In this document: piece after piece, positions 20,458 to 30,517 of the stretch
Numbering within the stretch: the stretch's first letter is position 1
Layout: every line of letters starts with the position of its first letter
Assembly: GCA_963776275.1 (NCBI GenBank)
Contig: CAVZMI010000005.1
Coordinates: 54,176 to 118,175 of the forward strand
Direction of reading: 5' to 3'
DNA length: 64,000 nucleotides
Origin: Ignavibacteriota bacterium
Lineage (GTDB): Bacteria; Bacteroidota; Ignavibacteria; UBA10030; CAVZMI01
Position numbers and translations under genes: made by a program
The notes under the pieces: generated by a model
What the model was told of the DNA's origin: nothing
The model's input: only the letters and a program-made list of their open reading frames with translations
Database searches by the model: none

Positions 20458-21741
20458 ATGTCGAAAAGAATGAATATTTCCTGGCTTCAATGCGTTCAGT
20501 GTAATGCAATTTACGACATTGACGAAATCCGTTTCAGCTGTACCTGCGGCCATCTTCTTGATGCCGTGCACGATCTGGGAATGATGAAATCGATGGTTTC
20601 TCGCGATATGTTTGACGATCGATTGGGCTTGGTTGATGCCCCGTTATCGAGTGGAGTGTGGCGGTTTCGCGAGCTTGTTATGCCCGAAGTCGCCGATGAA
20701 GCAATAGTCACGAAATCCGAGGGAAATACACGACTTTATAGAAATAAAAAGATCAGCAAATGGACCGGCCTCGAAAAATTATTTCTGAAACACGAGGGAG
20801 AAAATCCAACCGGCTCGTTCAAAGACCGGGGAATGACAGTTGCTGTAACAAAGGCAAAAAGCCTCGAACGACCTGCCGTTGTATGTGCATCGACTGGAAA
20901 TACTTCTGCATCGCTTGCTTCATATGCTTCTGAAGGCGGTTTGGTAGGAATCGTGCTCATTCCACACGGGGATGTCGCCTTCGGTAAAGTCGCTCAGGCA
21001 CTTGCCTATGGAGCAAAGACTCTAATGGTGCGCGGCGATTTCGACGATTGTATGCGGTTGATTCAGGAAGCGGAAGCCTCGCTCAAAGCCTACCCCCTGA
21101 ATTCAATCAATCCGTTTCGCCTCGAGGGACAGAAAACTATCATGTGGGAGACGCTTCAGCAGCTCCACTGGGAGGTTCCGGATTGGATCGTCCTTCCCGG
21201 CGGGAATCTTGGAAATACAAGTGCATTCGGGAAAGCGTTTTATGAAGCAAAAGAACTTGGACTTATCGATCGTATGCCGCGCTTTGCCGTGATACAGGCT
21301 GAAGGTGCAAATCCATTCTATAGTGCGTTCAAACGCAATTTCGAATCGCTGCAAACTGTAAAAGCTTCTACTATTGCGACAGCAATTAAAATCGGGAATC
21401 CGGTGAATTACGAGAAAGCCGTTCGGACACTCCGCTGGACCGACGGAATTTCGGAGCAGGTGACCGATGAAGAAATCCTCGATGCCAAAGGAATCGTCGA
21501 TTCCTCGGGTATTGGAGCCGAGCCGGCATCATGCGCAACTGTTGCCGGTGTGCAGAAACTGGTCTCAAACGGTGTTATCAAAAAGTCAGAGACTGTTGTC
21601 GGACTCCTGACCGGTCATGTCCTGAAAGATCCAGATGCGATTGCAAAATATCATGATCGTGAGCCGTATCATCGCTATTCGAATCCTCCGCGTGAAATTA
21701 ATCCGTCACTCGACGAGCTTGCGGCAATCCTGAATGAGTAG
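20458..21741 (+). CDS. thrC: threonine synthase
   Basis: EGNT, LKHEGENPTGSFKDRG, CASTGNTSASLA, NSINPFRLEGQKT, PGGNLGN, TGHVLKD. Confidence 0.94.
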   Translation: MSKRMNISWLQCVQCNAIYDIDEIRFSCTCGHLLDAVHDLGMMKSMVSRDMFDDRLGLVDAPLSSGVWRFRELVMPEVADEAIVTKSEGNTRLYRNKKISKWTGLEKLFLKHEGENPTGSFKDRGMTVAVTKAKSLERPAVVCASTGNTSASLASYASEGGLVGIVLIPHGDVAFGKVAQALAYGAKTLMVRGDFDDCMRLIQEAEASLKAYPLNSINPFRLEGQKTIMWETLQQLHWEVPDWIVLPGGNLGNTSAFGKAFYEAKELGLIDRMPRFAVIQAEGANPFYSAFKRNFESLQTVKASTIATAIKIGNPVNYEKAVRTLRWTDGISEQVTDEEILDAKGIVDSSGIGAEPASCATVAGVQKLVSNGVIKKSETVVGLLTGHVLKDPDAIAKYHDREPYHRYSNPPREINPSLDELAAILNE

Positions 21742-21773
21742 TCTTTTTCTTATTCTTTCTGAAAGAACTTCAG

Positions 21774-23393
21774 TTACTTATTCACTCCACCTTTATCATG
21801 AAGAGGCTCCAACTTTCGCAGCCTCTCCGTTGTTTTCATCATCATCCTGTTATTACTCTCAAAATCTATTCCAAGGTTTTCCTGTACGCCGTATTCTTTC
21901 GGATGGATATATTTCCCCCGCTCATTTCCTGTTTTCTCGACTTCGACCTGGATTCGATGCGCTTCAGCGAATGGATCGTGGCGAATACCGGTCACCTGCC
22001 AGGAAACCTCCAGGCCTGATGTCCCACCGGTAATCTTGAACCGATTATTCTGAACTTTTTCAGCGACATACACCTGTGCAAAGCCGCCAATGCAGGTGAG
22101 CTGATAACGGAAGTCCTGATTCAGAGTTTCAAAATATGCGGGCAGTTCCACCCAAGCTTCTCCTCTCGAGTCAAGCACTACATTGCCGTTGTATATGTTC
22201 ATCATGTCAGGTGACTCTACGAATGAGTGGTATAGGTATTTGTTTGCAGGATCAAGAGGGTGATCGATCTTGAAGGAGCCGCTCGCTTTAGAGAGTGTGC
22301 CGGTGATATTGACATTGCCATCAAAATATCCCGCATAGCTACTGCTGCTCTCACCATAAACGCCATAGCCGTTAATGCTCCAACCAACCACTCCATTAAA
22401 ATCATGGCTTACACCAATCACACCAGGTCCTGAACTCTCACCATATACACCTATAGTTCCGACTATATGGTTGTTGATGTCTGCACCGCTCTTACCAAAT
22501 AAACCAACATTGTGTCCCTCACCAAATACACCATACGTTGTAGCCTCACCACGTACACCGATATAAGGGCTTTCACCACGTACACCAACACCATATTCGT
22601 TGTCGGTGTGACCATAAACACCACTCTTACCGGCGGAAGTGTAGTCATTACCCGTCCAACCTACGATGCCATTATCATTATCACTACGTCCTGTAACTCC
22701 TCTGCCGTTAGTGCTCGATCCATATACACCACTTTTACCACTGGCGCCGGTCCATCCTGTGACGCCATCGTTTGCGGTTCCCCTTCCGACGATTCCAACC
22801 CCATTTGTGCTTTGTCCTTCTATTCCAGCTCCATCGCCTAAATTTGATCCAAGTAACATGGGATTCGTACTTGTACCTATTGAAGTATCAGGCACATTTT
22901 TTTTTAAGTAATCACCTGTCGCACTGCCACCGGGTATAACGCTTGCCGGGAACTTACCGCTGTTATCAAGCGGCAATAATGTATTGGGTTGAGGTGTAGC
23001 ATTTACAGAGATTCCCAATAGCTTATCGGCCTCCTCGGCGCGGATGGCATAGGCAGCGCTTGTGAGCGTCATGCGCGGCTGCAACTCGGCATCGCTCCCT
23101 ACCTGTATGCCTAAGGAGTAAGGTTTGTTAAAAGGAATGCTGAATGGAGTCACTGTCCCCAGCAGAACCTGAAACAGACCGCCGCTTATGGCTACCTGAT
23201 TATGTACCTCAGTCCATATTACATTGCTAGATTCGTCATATAGCTTGAAAGTGATATTATAGTTTCCATCAGGTACCGGCTGTCCGTTCAAGCCCATAAG
23301 TTTACCTTGATAATTGATGATTCTCGGGATTTGTGACATGACAACCGTTGAGAAACAGGCAATGATTATCAGAAAAAAGATTGAACGTTTCAT
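21774..23393 (-). CDS. secreted fibre-like protein with G-x-x-G repeats and C-terminal chaperone-like (tail-fibre-type) domain
   Basis: Signal peptide; INYQGKL..PR..LTSAAYA N-domain; many GVxGxS repeats; GSFKIDHPLDPANKYLYHSFVESPDMMNIYNG C-domain. Confidence 0.75.
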   Translation of the reverse strand: MKRSIFFLIIIACFSTVVMSQIPRIINYQGKLMGLNGQPVPDGNYNITFKLYDESSNVIWTEVHNQVAISGGLFQVLLGTVTPFSIPFNKPYSLGIQVGSDAELQPRMTLTSAAYAIRAEEADKLLGISVNATPQPNTLLPLDNSGKFPASVIPGGSATGDYLKKNVPDTSIGTSTNPMLLGSNLGDGAGIEGQSTNGVGIVGRGTANDGVTGWTGASGKSGVYGSSTNGRGVTGRSDNDNGIVGWTGNDYTSAGKSGVYGHTDNEYGVGVRGESPYIGVRGEATTYGVFGEGHNVGLFGKSGADINNHIVGTIGVYGESSGPGVIGVSHDFNGVVGWSINGYGVYGESSSSYAGYFDGNVNITGTLSKASGSFKIDHPLDPANKYLYHSFVESPDMMNIYNGNVVLDSRGEAWVELPAYFETLNQDFRYQLTCIGGFAQVYVAEKVQNNRFKITGGTSGLEVSWQVTGIRHDPFAEAHRIQVEVEKTGNERGKYIHPKEYGVQENLGIDFESNNRMMMKTTERLRKLEPLHDKGGVNK

Positions 23394-23438
23394 AAAAACC
23401 TCCTATGAAAAATCATTAAGTTATTTTTTATTTTCATC

Positions 23439-24065
23439 TTATTTGATCAATAACATTTTTTTTGTTTGCTGAAATAGAATATTCTTCCCCTCTACCGATG
23501 AGATAATAAGTTGATAGAAGTAAACACCTGAGCTTACAATCTTATTGTTCTCGTCCCTACCGTCCCAGTGTACCTGCCCATAACCCGGGTTCTGAATTTT
23601 TGAATTCAGCGTACGAATCCGCTGCCCCATGATATTAAAAATATCAATCTTTACCAGACATCGGGCAGGCAGATCATATTCGACGGTCGTCTCCGGATTA
23701 AAGGGATTCGGATAATTCTGATGCAGTTTAAATTCCTTTGGAAGTATGTCTGAAGGCGATTGATCGATTGCCACCGGTGTTTCGTTTTCCAGGGACCGCC
23801 AAAATCCTATCAACAAAATATAGTTGGTTCCCTGTATTCTACCTGCACAAGATTCACCGACAGCGGCGTTATGCCGATAATTTGTACTTGTATCACCGAT
23901 AATTCCTCCTGAACCGATTACATAGTCAGAGAGGATGTAGTCGACTTCTACTTTTTTAAGACTCGAATCTGCTGGAGTATCGGCAAATCCAATATTAGCA
24001 AACACGCATAGCAAACGAAGGTATGTCAGCAAACAAGGTTTAAGAATATTCTTCATCTTTTTCAT
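23439..24065 (-). CDS. small secreted protein with FlgD-Ig/T9SS C-terminal domain
   Basis: YVIGSGG..STNY..AVGE..IGFW N-module; HQNYPNPFNPET..WDGRDE..SSGVYFY. Confidence 0.8.
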   Translation of the reverse strand: MKKMKNILKPCLLTYLRLLCVFANIGFADTPADSSLKKVEVDYILSDYVIGSGGIIGDTSTNYRHNAAVGESCAGRIQGTNYILLIGFWRSLENETPVAIDQSPSDILPKEFKLHQNYPNPFNPETTVEYDLPARCLVKIDIFNIMGQRIRTLNSKIQNPGYGQVHWDGRDENNKIVSSGVYFYQLIISSVEGKNILFQQTKKMLLIK

Positions 24066-24105
24066 CTCCTTTTTTTCAAATTGTGCAAGGCGACAGATAT
24101 TTGAA

Positions 24106-25421
24106 CTATTTGATTAGCATGAGTTTTTTCGTTTCGATATACTTTGAGGATTGTCCGAAGGCTCCTACGGACAACCGATAAAAATACACGCCGCTCGACA
24201 GAGTGCCGGATGTCGAATTCCGGATGTCAAACGTGATGCTGTGGGTTCCTGCTTCTTTCCAGTCGTTCACTAACGCTGCAACTTCTTCTCCAAGCATATT
24301 GAAAACCTTCAACGTAATGAAACCCGGCTGAGGAAGCGAAAATTTAATCGTGGTCGAAGGATTGAATGGATTAGGATAATTCTGAGAAAGTGAATAGTTA
24401 ATTGGTAATTCATTCATTCCGTTCTTTTTATTTACATTTGTAAGATCTGATGCTGGATCATATTCTTCCACAGTTGAAAGAATCTGAAGCGTGGTTTTAT
24501 GGATTGCGCTTCCGATAACATAGATCTTTCCTTCCACCATACCGGATGAAATGCCGCCTCTCGCTCCGGGCATAGGAGTTTTTGTAATCCAGGTGTCCGT
24601 GATCGGATTATACTCCTCCACCGAGGTAAGTTCATGATACTGTCCGGGTCCTGTACTTGTCGATCCACCGATTGCATATATTTTTCCTCCCACTACTTCA
24701 GAGCAATGGGCCCACCTCGCTTCTAACATTTGGGCTTTGTTGGTTGCATGTATCTGTAGTCGGATCATATGCTTCTACTGTGGAAAGTCCCGGCCAGGGA
24801 TAGCCTACCGTTCCCCCAATGGCATAAATCTTTCCATCGACAACGCTCGTGGATAAACCAGCCCTTGGTGTTGGCATATGAGCTTTAGTCATCCATGTAT
24901 CTGTGGTCGGATCATAAACTTCCAGTGTATTGTACATTCCACTTATCCCGGAAGATGACCCACCGATTACATATATTTTGCCATTTACCACACTGGCGGA
25001 TGAATACCCTCGAGCTGTTGGCATGGGGGACTTTGTTGTCCATAAACCAGTTTTTAAATTGTACACATATACACTCGTAAGCGCTGTTCCAAATATATCT
25101 GTGGCACTACCAATAACATATATCTCACTGTCGATATAACATATAGCGTTACCGTATATCGCCCGTGGCAATTTGGATTTCGTAGTCGCGCTATCAGTAG
25201 AAGGCGTATACTCTTCTACAGTCGATGAAGTCGCAGGTGAAAGACCTCCAATAGCATAGATTTTTCCATCAATTGAACAGCTGGATAAAAACATTGTTGC
25301 AGTTGGCATGCTTGCTTTAGAAACCCATCCCCCCCCCGGCCAGACACAGAGAAAATGGAATAAAAAGAGCAAGCATCAGGATTGGGATCCTACTACACTT
25401 TGAAAGGTTGTTGGATGTCGT
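24106..25421 (-). CDS. Kelch-repeat beta-propeller protein with T9SS domain; two frameshifts (G9 tract at 25329-25337 and near 24745)
   Basis: Six repeats of W.TK..MPT.R...S.VV.GKIY.IGG...VE.YDP across ORFs 24698-25372 and 24106-24768. Signal peptide lies in another frame upstream of the G9 tract; RBS AGGAGG at 25427-25432. Confidence 0.8.
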
Positions 25422-25502
25422 TTGTTCCTCCTTTTTATTTTGTTGTCCGATACATACAGCATGACACGATGATTAATACGTACGATGATTTATTCATCTT
25501 TA

Positions 25503-25518
25503 TACAAAAGAAATGCCA
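25503..25518 (-). promoter_or_regulatory. candidate sigma54 (-24/-12) promoter for the Kelch/fibre operon
   Basis: TGGCATTTCTTTTGTA = GG-N10-GT (consensus GG-N10-GC), directly downstream of a sigma54 activator gene. Confidence 0.4.
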
Positions 25519-25745
25519 ATGCACCAGTGGGGGGTATAGGTATTCTAATCAGTTGATATTATTCAGATTATAAGGATTCTTTTATGGCGAGGAGTGTGAA
25601 GCGGCTAAGGATGAATCGACAAATATGGCGACTCAGGAGGCTACAGGAGTTTTCCTTCGACAATTATGACGGGAAGCAGCGATAAAAAAAATACATAGCG
25701 GGAAAACAAACAGACAAACTATCGAATGGAGGACCTTACCTCATC

Positions 25746-27278
25746 TTAGGACTGGTGATCAGGAGGTTTATCAAGCTTCAACTTTTCAATTTTATATCTC
25801 ATGGCATGCTCGGAAATATTTAGTATCCTTGCAGCTTTGGACTGGTTCCAGTCACAATCATTCAATACTTTTTGAATGACCTGCTTTTCGTAATCCGACA
25901 ACATTTTTTTCAGAGGGCCTTTGGAGATGGTCTTCTCCTCCGAGGCCTTAATTTTTTCACTTTCCTTCCGGAATTCTTCCGGTAACAGATTACGATCCAA
26001 TACTTTGGCATCCGGAGGTGCCAGTGTGACAAGACGTTCTATAAAATTTTCAAGCTCCCGTATATTACCGGGCCAATCCCGAAGTTTTAGGAATTCCAGT
26101 AACTCTCCATGAAATATTTCAGCGGCTTTGTGCTGCTTCTGAGAAAAATTCTTGAGAAAATAATTGGCCAGAACGGGGATGTCTTCCCTGCGATCAGCCA
26201 GCGACGGCACAGGAATAGGGTAGACGTAGAGCCTGTAAAAAAGATCCTCTCTGAATTGTCCGGCCGATACCAGTTGGCGTAACGAGGAACTTGAAGCAGC
26301 GATAATCCGGACATCCACCTTGCGTGACTCATTACTCCCCAGCGGGCGAATCTCACCTTCCTGAAGCATACGCAACAGTTTTACCTGTAATTCCATAGGT
26401 AAATTTGTGATTTCATCCATGAATAGCGTTCCACCATCGGCCTCTTCCAAAAGTCCCTTTCGTGCTATTGCAGCACCGGTAAAAGCGCCTTTAATGTGTC
26501 CAAATAACTCGCTTTCGATCAGATTCGCCGGTATGGCGCCGCAATCGATGGCAACGAATTTTTTCTGCATTCTGGAACTGCATTGATGGATGGCTTTTGC
26601 AATCAACTCTTTGCCGGTACCGCTTCCACCTTCCAGTAAAACGCGGACATCACATTTTGCAGAAGCTTCGATAGTGTTCAATAATTGAATGAATGCCCGG
26701 CTCTTGCCAAGTAATCCATGAGATTCATATTTTTTTATAAGTGTTGCTTCAGGAATTATTACCGCAAAATATTCCTGTATTTTATGGATATTTCGTAAGA
26801 AGGGTGATACTACAGTAGCGAATTTTTTTAGGTACTCAAAATCGTTTTTTGAGAATTCCTTTCCATTCATTTTATTCAGCAACAACAAACTTCCTGTTAT
26901 TATCCCTTCTGCCATCAGGGGAACACACATCACGGATTTTACAGGCAGGTCTTTCAGGATATCTCTGTTGAATCGTGTATCGTTTTGGATGTCCACAGCC
27001 AGAAAAGCCTGCCGGTTATCAAAAACCCACCCGCTCAGATATGTGTGCATAAATTGATATTGTTTGTTCTCTGACCCGCGCTCCTCGCGATAGATCGTTT
27101 TTACCGTTTCCCGTGTCGATGGATTGACCATCATTATCAAGGCTGTTTCCGATTCCATCAGACTGGCTGACTTCTGAGTAGTGAGGCGCAGGACCTCCTG
27201 GAAATCGTTTTGTTTTTCAAGGATGGATGCAAGTTCAATGAGCGATTCGAAGTCATTCATACAAATGTTCCTTTTCAA
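25746..27278 (-). CDS. sigma54-dependent transcriptional activator (GAF-AAA+-Fis HTH)
   Basis: GGSGTGKE, ESELFGHIKGAFTGA, LFMDEI, FREDLFYRL, WPGNIRELEN, WNQSKAARIL. Confidence 0.93.
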   Translation of the reverse strand: MKRNICMNDFESLIELASILEKQNDFQEVLRLTTQKSASLMESETALIMMVNPSTRETVKTIYREERGSENKQYQFMHTYLSGWVFDNRQAFLAVDIQNDTRFNRDILKDLPVKSVMCVPLMAEGIITGSLLLLNKMNGKEFSKNDFEYLKKFATVVSPFLRNIHKIQEYFAVIIPEATLIKKYESHGLLGKSRAFIQLLNTIEASAKCDVRVLLEGGSGTGKELIAKAIHQCSSRMQKKFVAIDCGAIPANLIESELFGHIKGAFTGAAIARKGLLEEADGGTLFMDEITNLPMELQVKLLRMLQEGEIRPLGSNESRKVDVRIIAASSSSLRQLVSAGQFREDLFYRLYVYPIPVPSLADRREDIPVLANYFLKNFSQKQHKAAEIFHGELLEFLKLRDWPGNIRELENFIERLVTLAPPDAKVLDRNLLPEEFRKESEKIKASEEKTISKGPLKKMLSDYEKQVIQKVLNDCDWNQSKAARILNISEHAMRYKIEKLKLDKPPDHQS

Positions 27279-27341
27279 TTTCGTGAAATCAGATCCATTT
27301 TAACGATGAAATACAATGAAGATCTGAGATCATGGGGATCG

Positions 27342-30299
27342 TCATGGTATAGGTCCTAAATATTTATCCAACCAACCGAGGGTTTCTTTAATCAGTTCAT
27401 CTCTGGGGACGAAATGCCATGAATTAGAAACATAATGCTTTTTATGCTCCTTCGGTGTCCGCAGAAATTCATAAAACGGAATTTGCGCCATTTTATAGGG
27501 ATAAATGTCATCATTTCGGCCGTCAAGCATCAGTACTGGTGTTGTGACTCTCGAGGGGAAATTCAATGGCTCTATTTCTGGTAAAAGGGGTTTATTGTAT
27601 ATCCAAAATCCGCCGATATATAATATACCTGCTTTAAAACGTTTTTCGATAGCAAGCATGATCCCGCCTTGTTCTGCTCCCCAGCTTAAACCATAATAAG
27701 CCAGCTTCGAAGTATCTATATCCGGTCGCGTTACTATATAATCGATAGACCTGCGCAGATCTTTGGCAAACATTATTGTGAAATCTCTTTGAAGATATCC
27801 TCCATCCCACATTTTGTATGGCGGAGTATAACTTCGTTCAAAAGTCCCCTGATATACAGGATGCAATACCGCACGTCCACTTTTTAAAATGTAATCGAAG
27901 CAGCGCGTGTGATAAGGCTTCAAAATGCCATCCGGATGCATACCCATTACACTGCTTCCAGGAAAGTGAACCACGGTCTGATAGGGGGGGTTCCCTTTCG
28001 TGGGTAAGAACAGATAAGCACTGACTCGTTCATTGCCGTAGGCTGCATCGTATGTAATTTTTTCAACCGTCCAATCCTTTTCATGCGTATCTATTTTTTC
28101 CACAACTGCATGAAGCGGAGTTTTGGGATAGTCGTACATGCGGAGAATGACATTGAATTCCTTGTCGGATACAGGTTTTTCGTTGTACACATTGCGAAGA
28201 TAGGATTTTACGGGTCTGTTCAGAGCGACTGTACTTGAATCCGTCGTAATATATTTCATACATCGAAAACCATTAACAACCGACCGGTCAAAAGGAGATA
28301 GAGCCACTTGATTTGAATTGAATTCATATATCTGATCAGTGCAAGCGCCACCTCGAATAAAATGCTTTTCTCCTGGGATTTTTTGATTCCAGCACCACTC
28401 TCGAGCATTCCCCGCCATGTCATAGGTTCCATATGGGCCTAATCCTTGATACTTTCCTACTGCTGCCGGACCCGATTCATTAAAATTGCTGAGGGGAATA
28501 ATCTCGGGCGCGGCATCGAGGCCTGCTGCACGTTCCCAGTTGTAAATTGACGGCAGACTCTTTCCCGCAAATTCTGCATAGGCAGCGGCTTCAAACCAGC
28601 TGACGCCAGTTACCGGATAATCTTCCTGCCCGGTTGGGTAATCTCCTGCCTCCCATGTCGCCGGCTCGACTCTGCCTGTTTTATCTTTAAATAATGCCGT
28701 AGCTCTTTCCCAGGGAATGATTCGGCCGTCTTTGAGAAAAGGATTTTTCCAGTATTCTTTTCTTTGATATCCCCCGCTGTCGGCAAATACCTTATATTCT
28801 CTATTAGTGACCTCATAGGTATCGATGAAGAAATCATTGAAATGTTCTTCTTTGACTTCATTAGTCGTATTACTCAACATTTTCACTGGGAATACACGAA
28901 CCATGTTGTTCGGGATGTCCTTCTCTCTATCAAGTGCGAGTCCGTCAATAATAAGATGGTAGCTTAATTGACGCAGATGGATGTTAGGGTGCATGGAAGG
29001 TGCGAGGTATCGTGTCTGAAATCCATCCTTCACAATCATGAAGCGTTTTAATCCCATGGGCAATCGGACACTATCAAGCGGAGTTCGACCCATGTGAATC
29101 CAGGGCGCATCGACTGCGGCATATTCTTTCCAGAAAACCTCTGCTCCTTCTGGATGGGTGTGAATGGTAATATACATTGAGAAACGGTCCCACAATTTTG
29201 CCAATGCTGAATCAGTAGGGATTACTTTTTCCGCCTGCACTGCAAGCGTATATGATTCGTGTAATTTATCTTCGTCTGCAAGACGCACGATTTCCGGAAG
29301 TGCGATATTCCTTGCCCAATGAATTTGTTGATATTGATAGATTAACCATGTCACGAGGAATAAAACTACCACAATTATGATTAACACCGGAATAAATATT
29401 TTTGGCTTTCGATAGAGGATCTTCAACTGATTGATATATGCATGAGATCCCGATTCGGCATCTTGTTCATTTTGTATCGCCCTCAAATCTTCAAGCATCT
29501 TATGGATGGACTGATAACGTTTGTCAACTTTCTTATTCAAGGCTTTTAGGATGATATTTTCCAGGCCTTGTGGAATAGTACTTCGTATTTTCTTTGGAGG
29601 TACAGGATCTTTATCTAAAATACAATAAATCACCGCTTGTTCATACTCAGCCTTGAAAGGGACGGCCCCGGTAATCATTTCATATAAGACAACGCCTAAA
29701 GACCAGATATCAGTCCGGTGATCGACCTTCCCACCTCTGGCCTGTTCCGGTGACATATAGAGAGTTGTACCGAATGTGGTACTTGTTTTGGTCATTGTCG
29801 CCTGACCGGCCAGTTTGACAAGGCCGAAATCCAGTATTTTTACCACACCATCATTCGTCAGCATGATGTTGGCCGGCTTGATGTCACGGTGAATGATCCC
29901 TTTTTCGTGCGCCTTCGCCAGTCCCTGTGCTATCTGAATTCCGATATGAAAAACTTCGGAAACAGGCATCGGCAGTTCATTCTTCGCGTGAAGCCGCGAT
30001 AATCTCTCCTTCAGCGTTTCCCCTTCATAATAATCCATGCAGAAAAACATTTCACCGTCATTGGTCTCGCCGATTTCATGAATGGTACAGATGTTATGAT
30101 GTTGAAGGGAGGAAGCGGCCCGTGCTTCACGGAATAGGCGTTCTTTGGCTTCTGCGTCGAGTGTCAATTCGGGAGGGAGGAGTTTCAGGGCCACAGTCCG
30201 TCGAAGTATGGTATCCTCGGCTTTATAGACCACACCCATTCCTCCATGGCCGAGCTTTTTGAGGATTTTATAGTGGGATATTGTTTGGCCTATCATCAA
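27342..30299 (-). CDS. Ser/Thr protein kinase - TM - FGE-sulfatase(SUMF1)-like domain - alpha/beta hydrolase
   Basis: LGHGGMGVVY, HRDIKPANI, DFG, YMSPEQ; TM segment; YEVTNREY..YPVTGVSWFEAAAY..YDMAGNAREW..GFRC; GLSWG nucleophile motif with D and H downstream. Confidence 0.9.
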   Translation of the reverse strand: MMIGQTISHYKILKKLGHGGMGVVYKAEDTILRRTVALKLLPPELTLDAEAKERLFREARAASSLQHHNICTIHEIGETNDGEMFFCMDYYEGETLKERLSRLHAKNELPMPVSEVFHIGIQIAQGLAKAHEKGIIHRDIKPANIMLTNDGVVKILDFGLVKLAGQATMTKTSTTFGTTLYMSPEQARGGKVDHRTDIWSLGVVLYEMITGAVPFKAEYEQAVIYCILDKDPVPPKKIRSTIPQGLENIILKALNKKVDKRYQSIHKMLEDLRAIQNEQDAESGSHAYINQLKILYRKPKIFIPVLIIIVVVLFLVTWLIYQYQQIHWARNIALPEIVRLADEDKLHESYTLAVQAEKVIPTDSALAKLWDRFSMYITIHTHPEGAEVFWKEYAAVDAPWIHMGRTPLDSVRLPMGLKRFMIVKDGFQTRYLAPSMHPNIHLRQLSYHLIIDGLALDREKDIPNNMVRVFPVKMLSNTTNEVKEEHFNDFFIDTYEVTNREYKVFADSGGYQRKEYWKNPFLKDGRIIPWERATALFKDKTGRVEPATWEAGDYPTGQEDYPVTGVSWFEAAAYAEFAGKSLPSIYNWERAAGLDAAPEIIPLSNFNESGPAAVGKYQGLGPYGTYDMAGNAREWCWNQKIPGEKHFIRGGACTDQIYEFNSNQVALSPFDRSVVNGFRCMKYITTDSSTVALNRPVKSYLRNVYNEKPVSDKEFNVILRMYDYPKTPLHAVVEKIDTHEKDWTVEKITYDAAYGNERVSAYLFLPTKGNPPYQTVVHFPGSSVMGMHPDGILKPYHTRCFDYILKSGRAVLHPVYQGTFERSYTPPYKMWDGGYLQRDFTIMFAKDLRRSIDYIVTRPDIDTSKLAYYGLSWGAEQGGIMLAIEKRFKAGILYIGGFWIYNKPLLPEIEPLNFPSRVTTPVLMLDGRNDDIYPYKMAQIPFYEFLRTPKEHKKHYVSNSWHFVPRDELIKETLGWLDKYLGPIP

Positions 30300-30517
30300 C
30301 CGGCTCCATCCAACATAGACGTCATAAAATTATTCTCTACAATCGGCCGGGAGATGAGTAGAAGCAAAGTAAGAGAAGAAACTAACTACTGTTTCGCCGA
30401 TTGTATATTAATATGTTGAAGGATATGATGAAAAGAATATGATAAAGATAATGGTAAGAAACAAGAATTTCTTAAAACAATTAATGACTGCTAAGAAAAA
30501 TATTTTCGATCGATATA

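Noticed and set aside
21774-23393. Prophage tail gene
   Set aside because: It has a Sec signal peptide, and no capsid, terminase or integrase genes are in the window.
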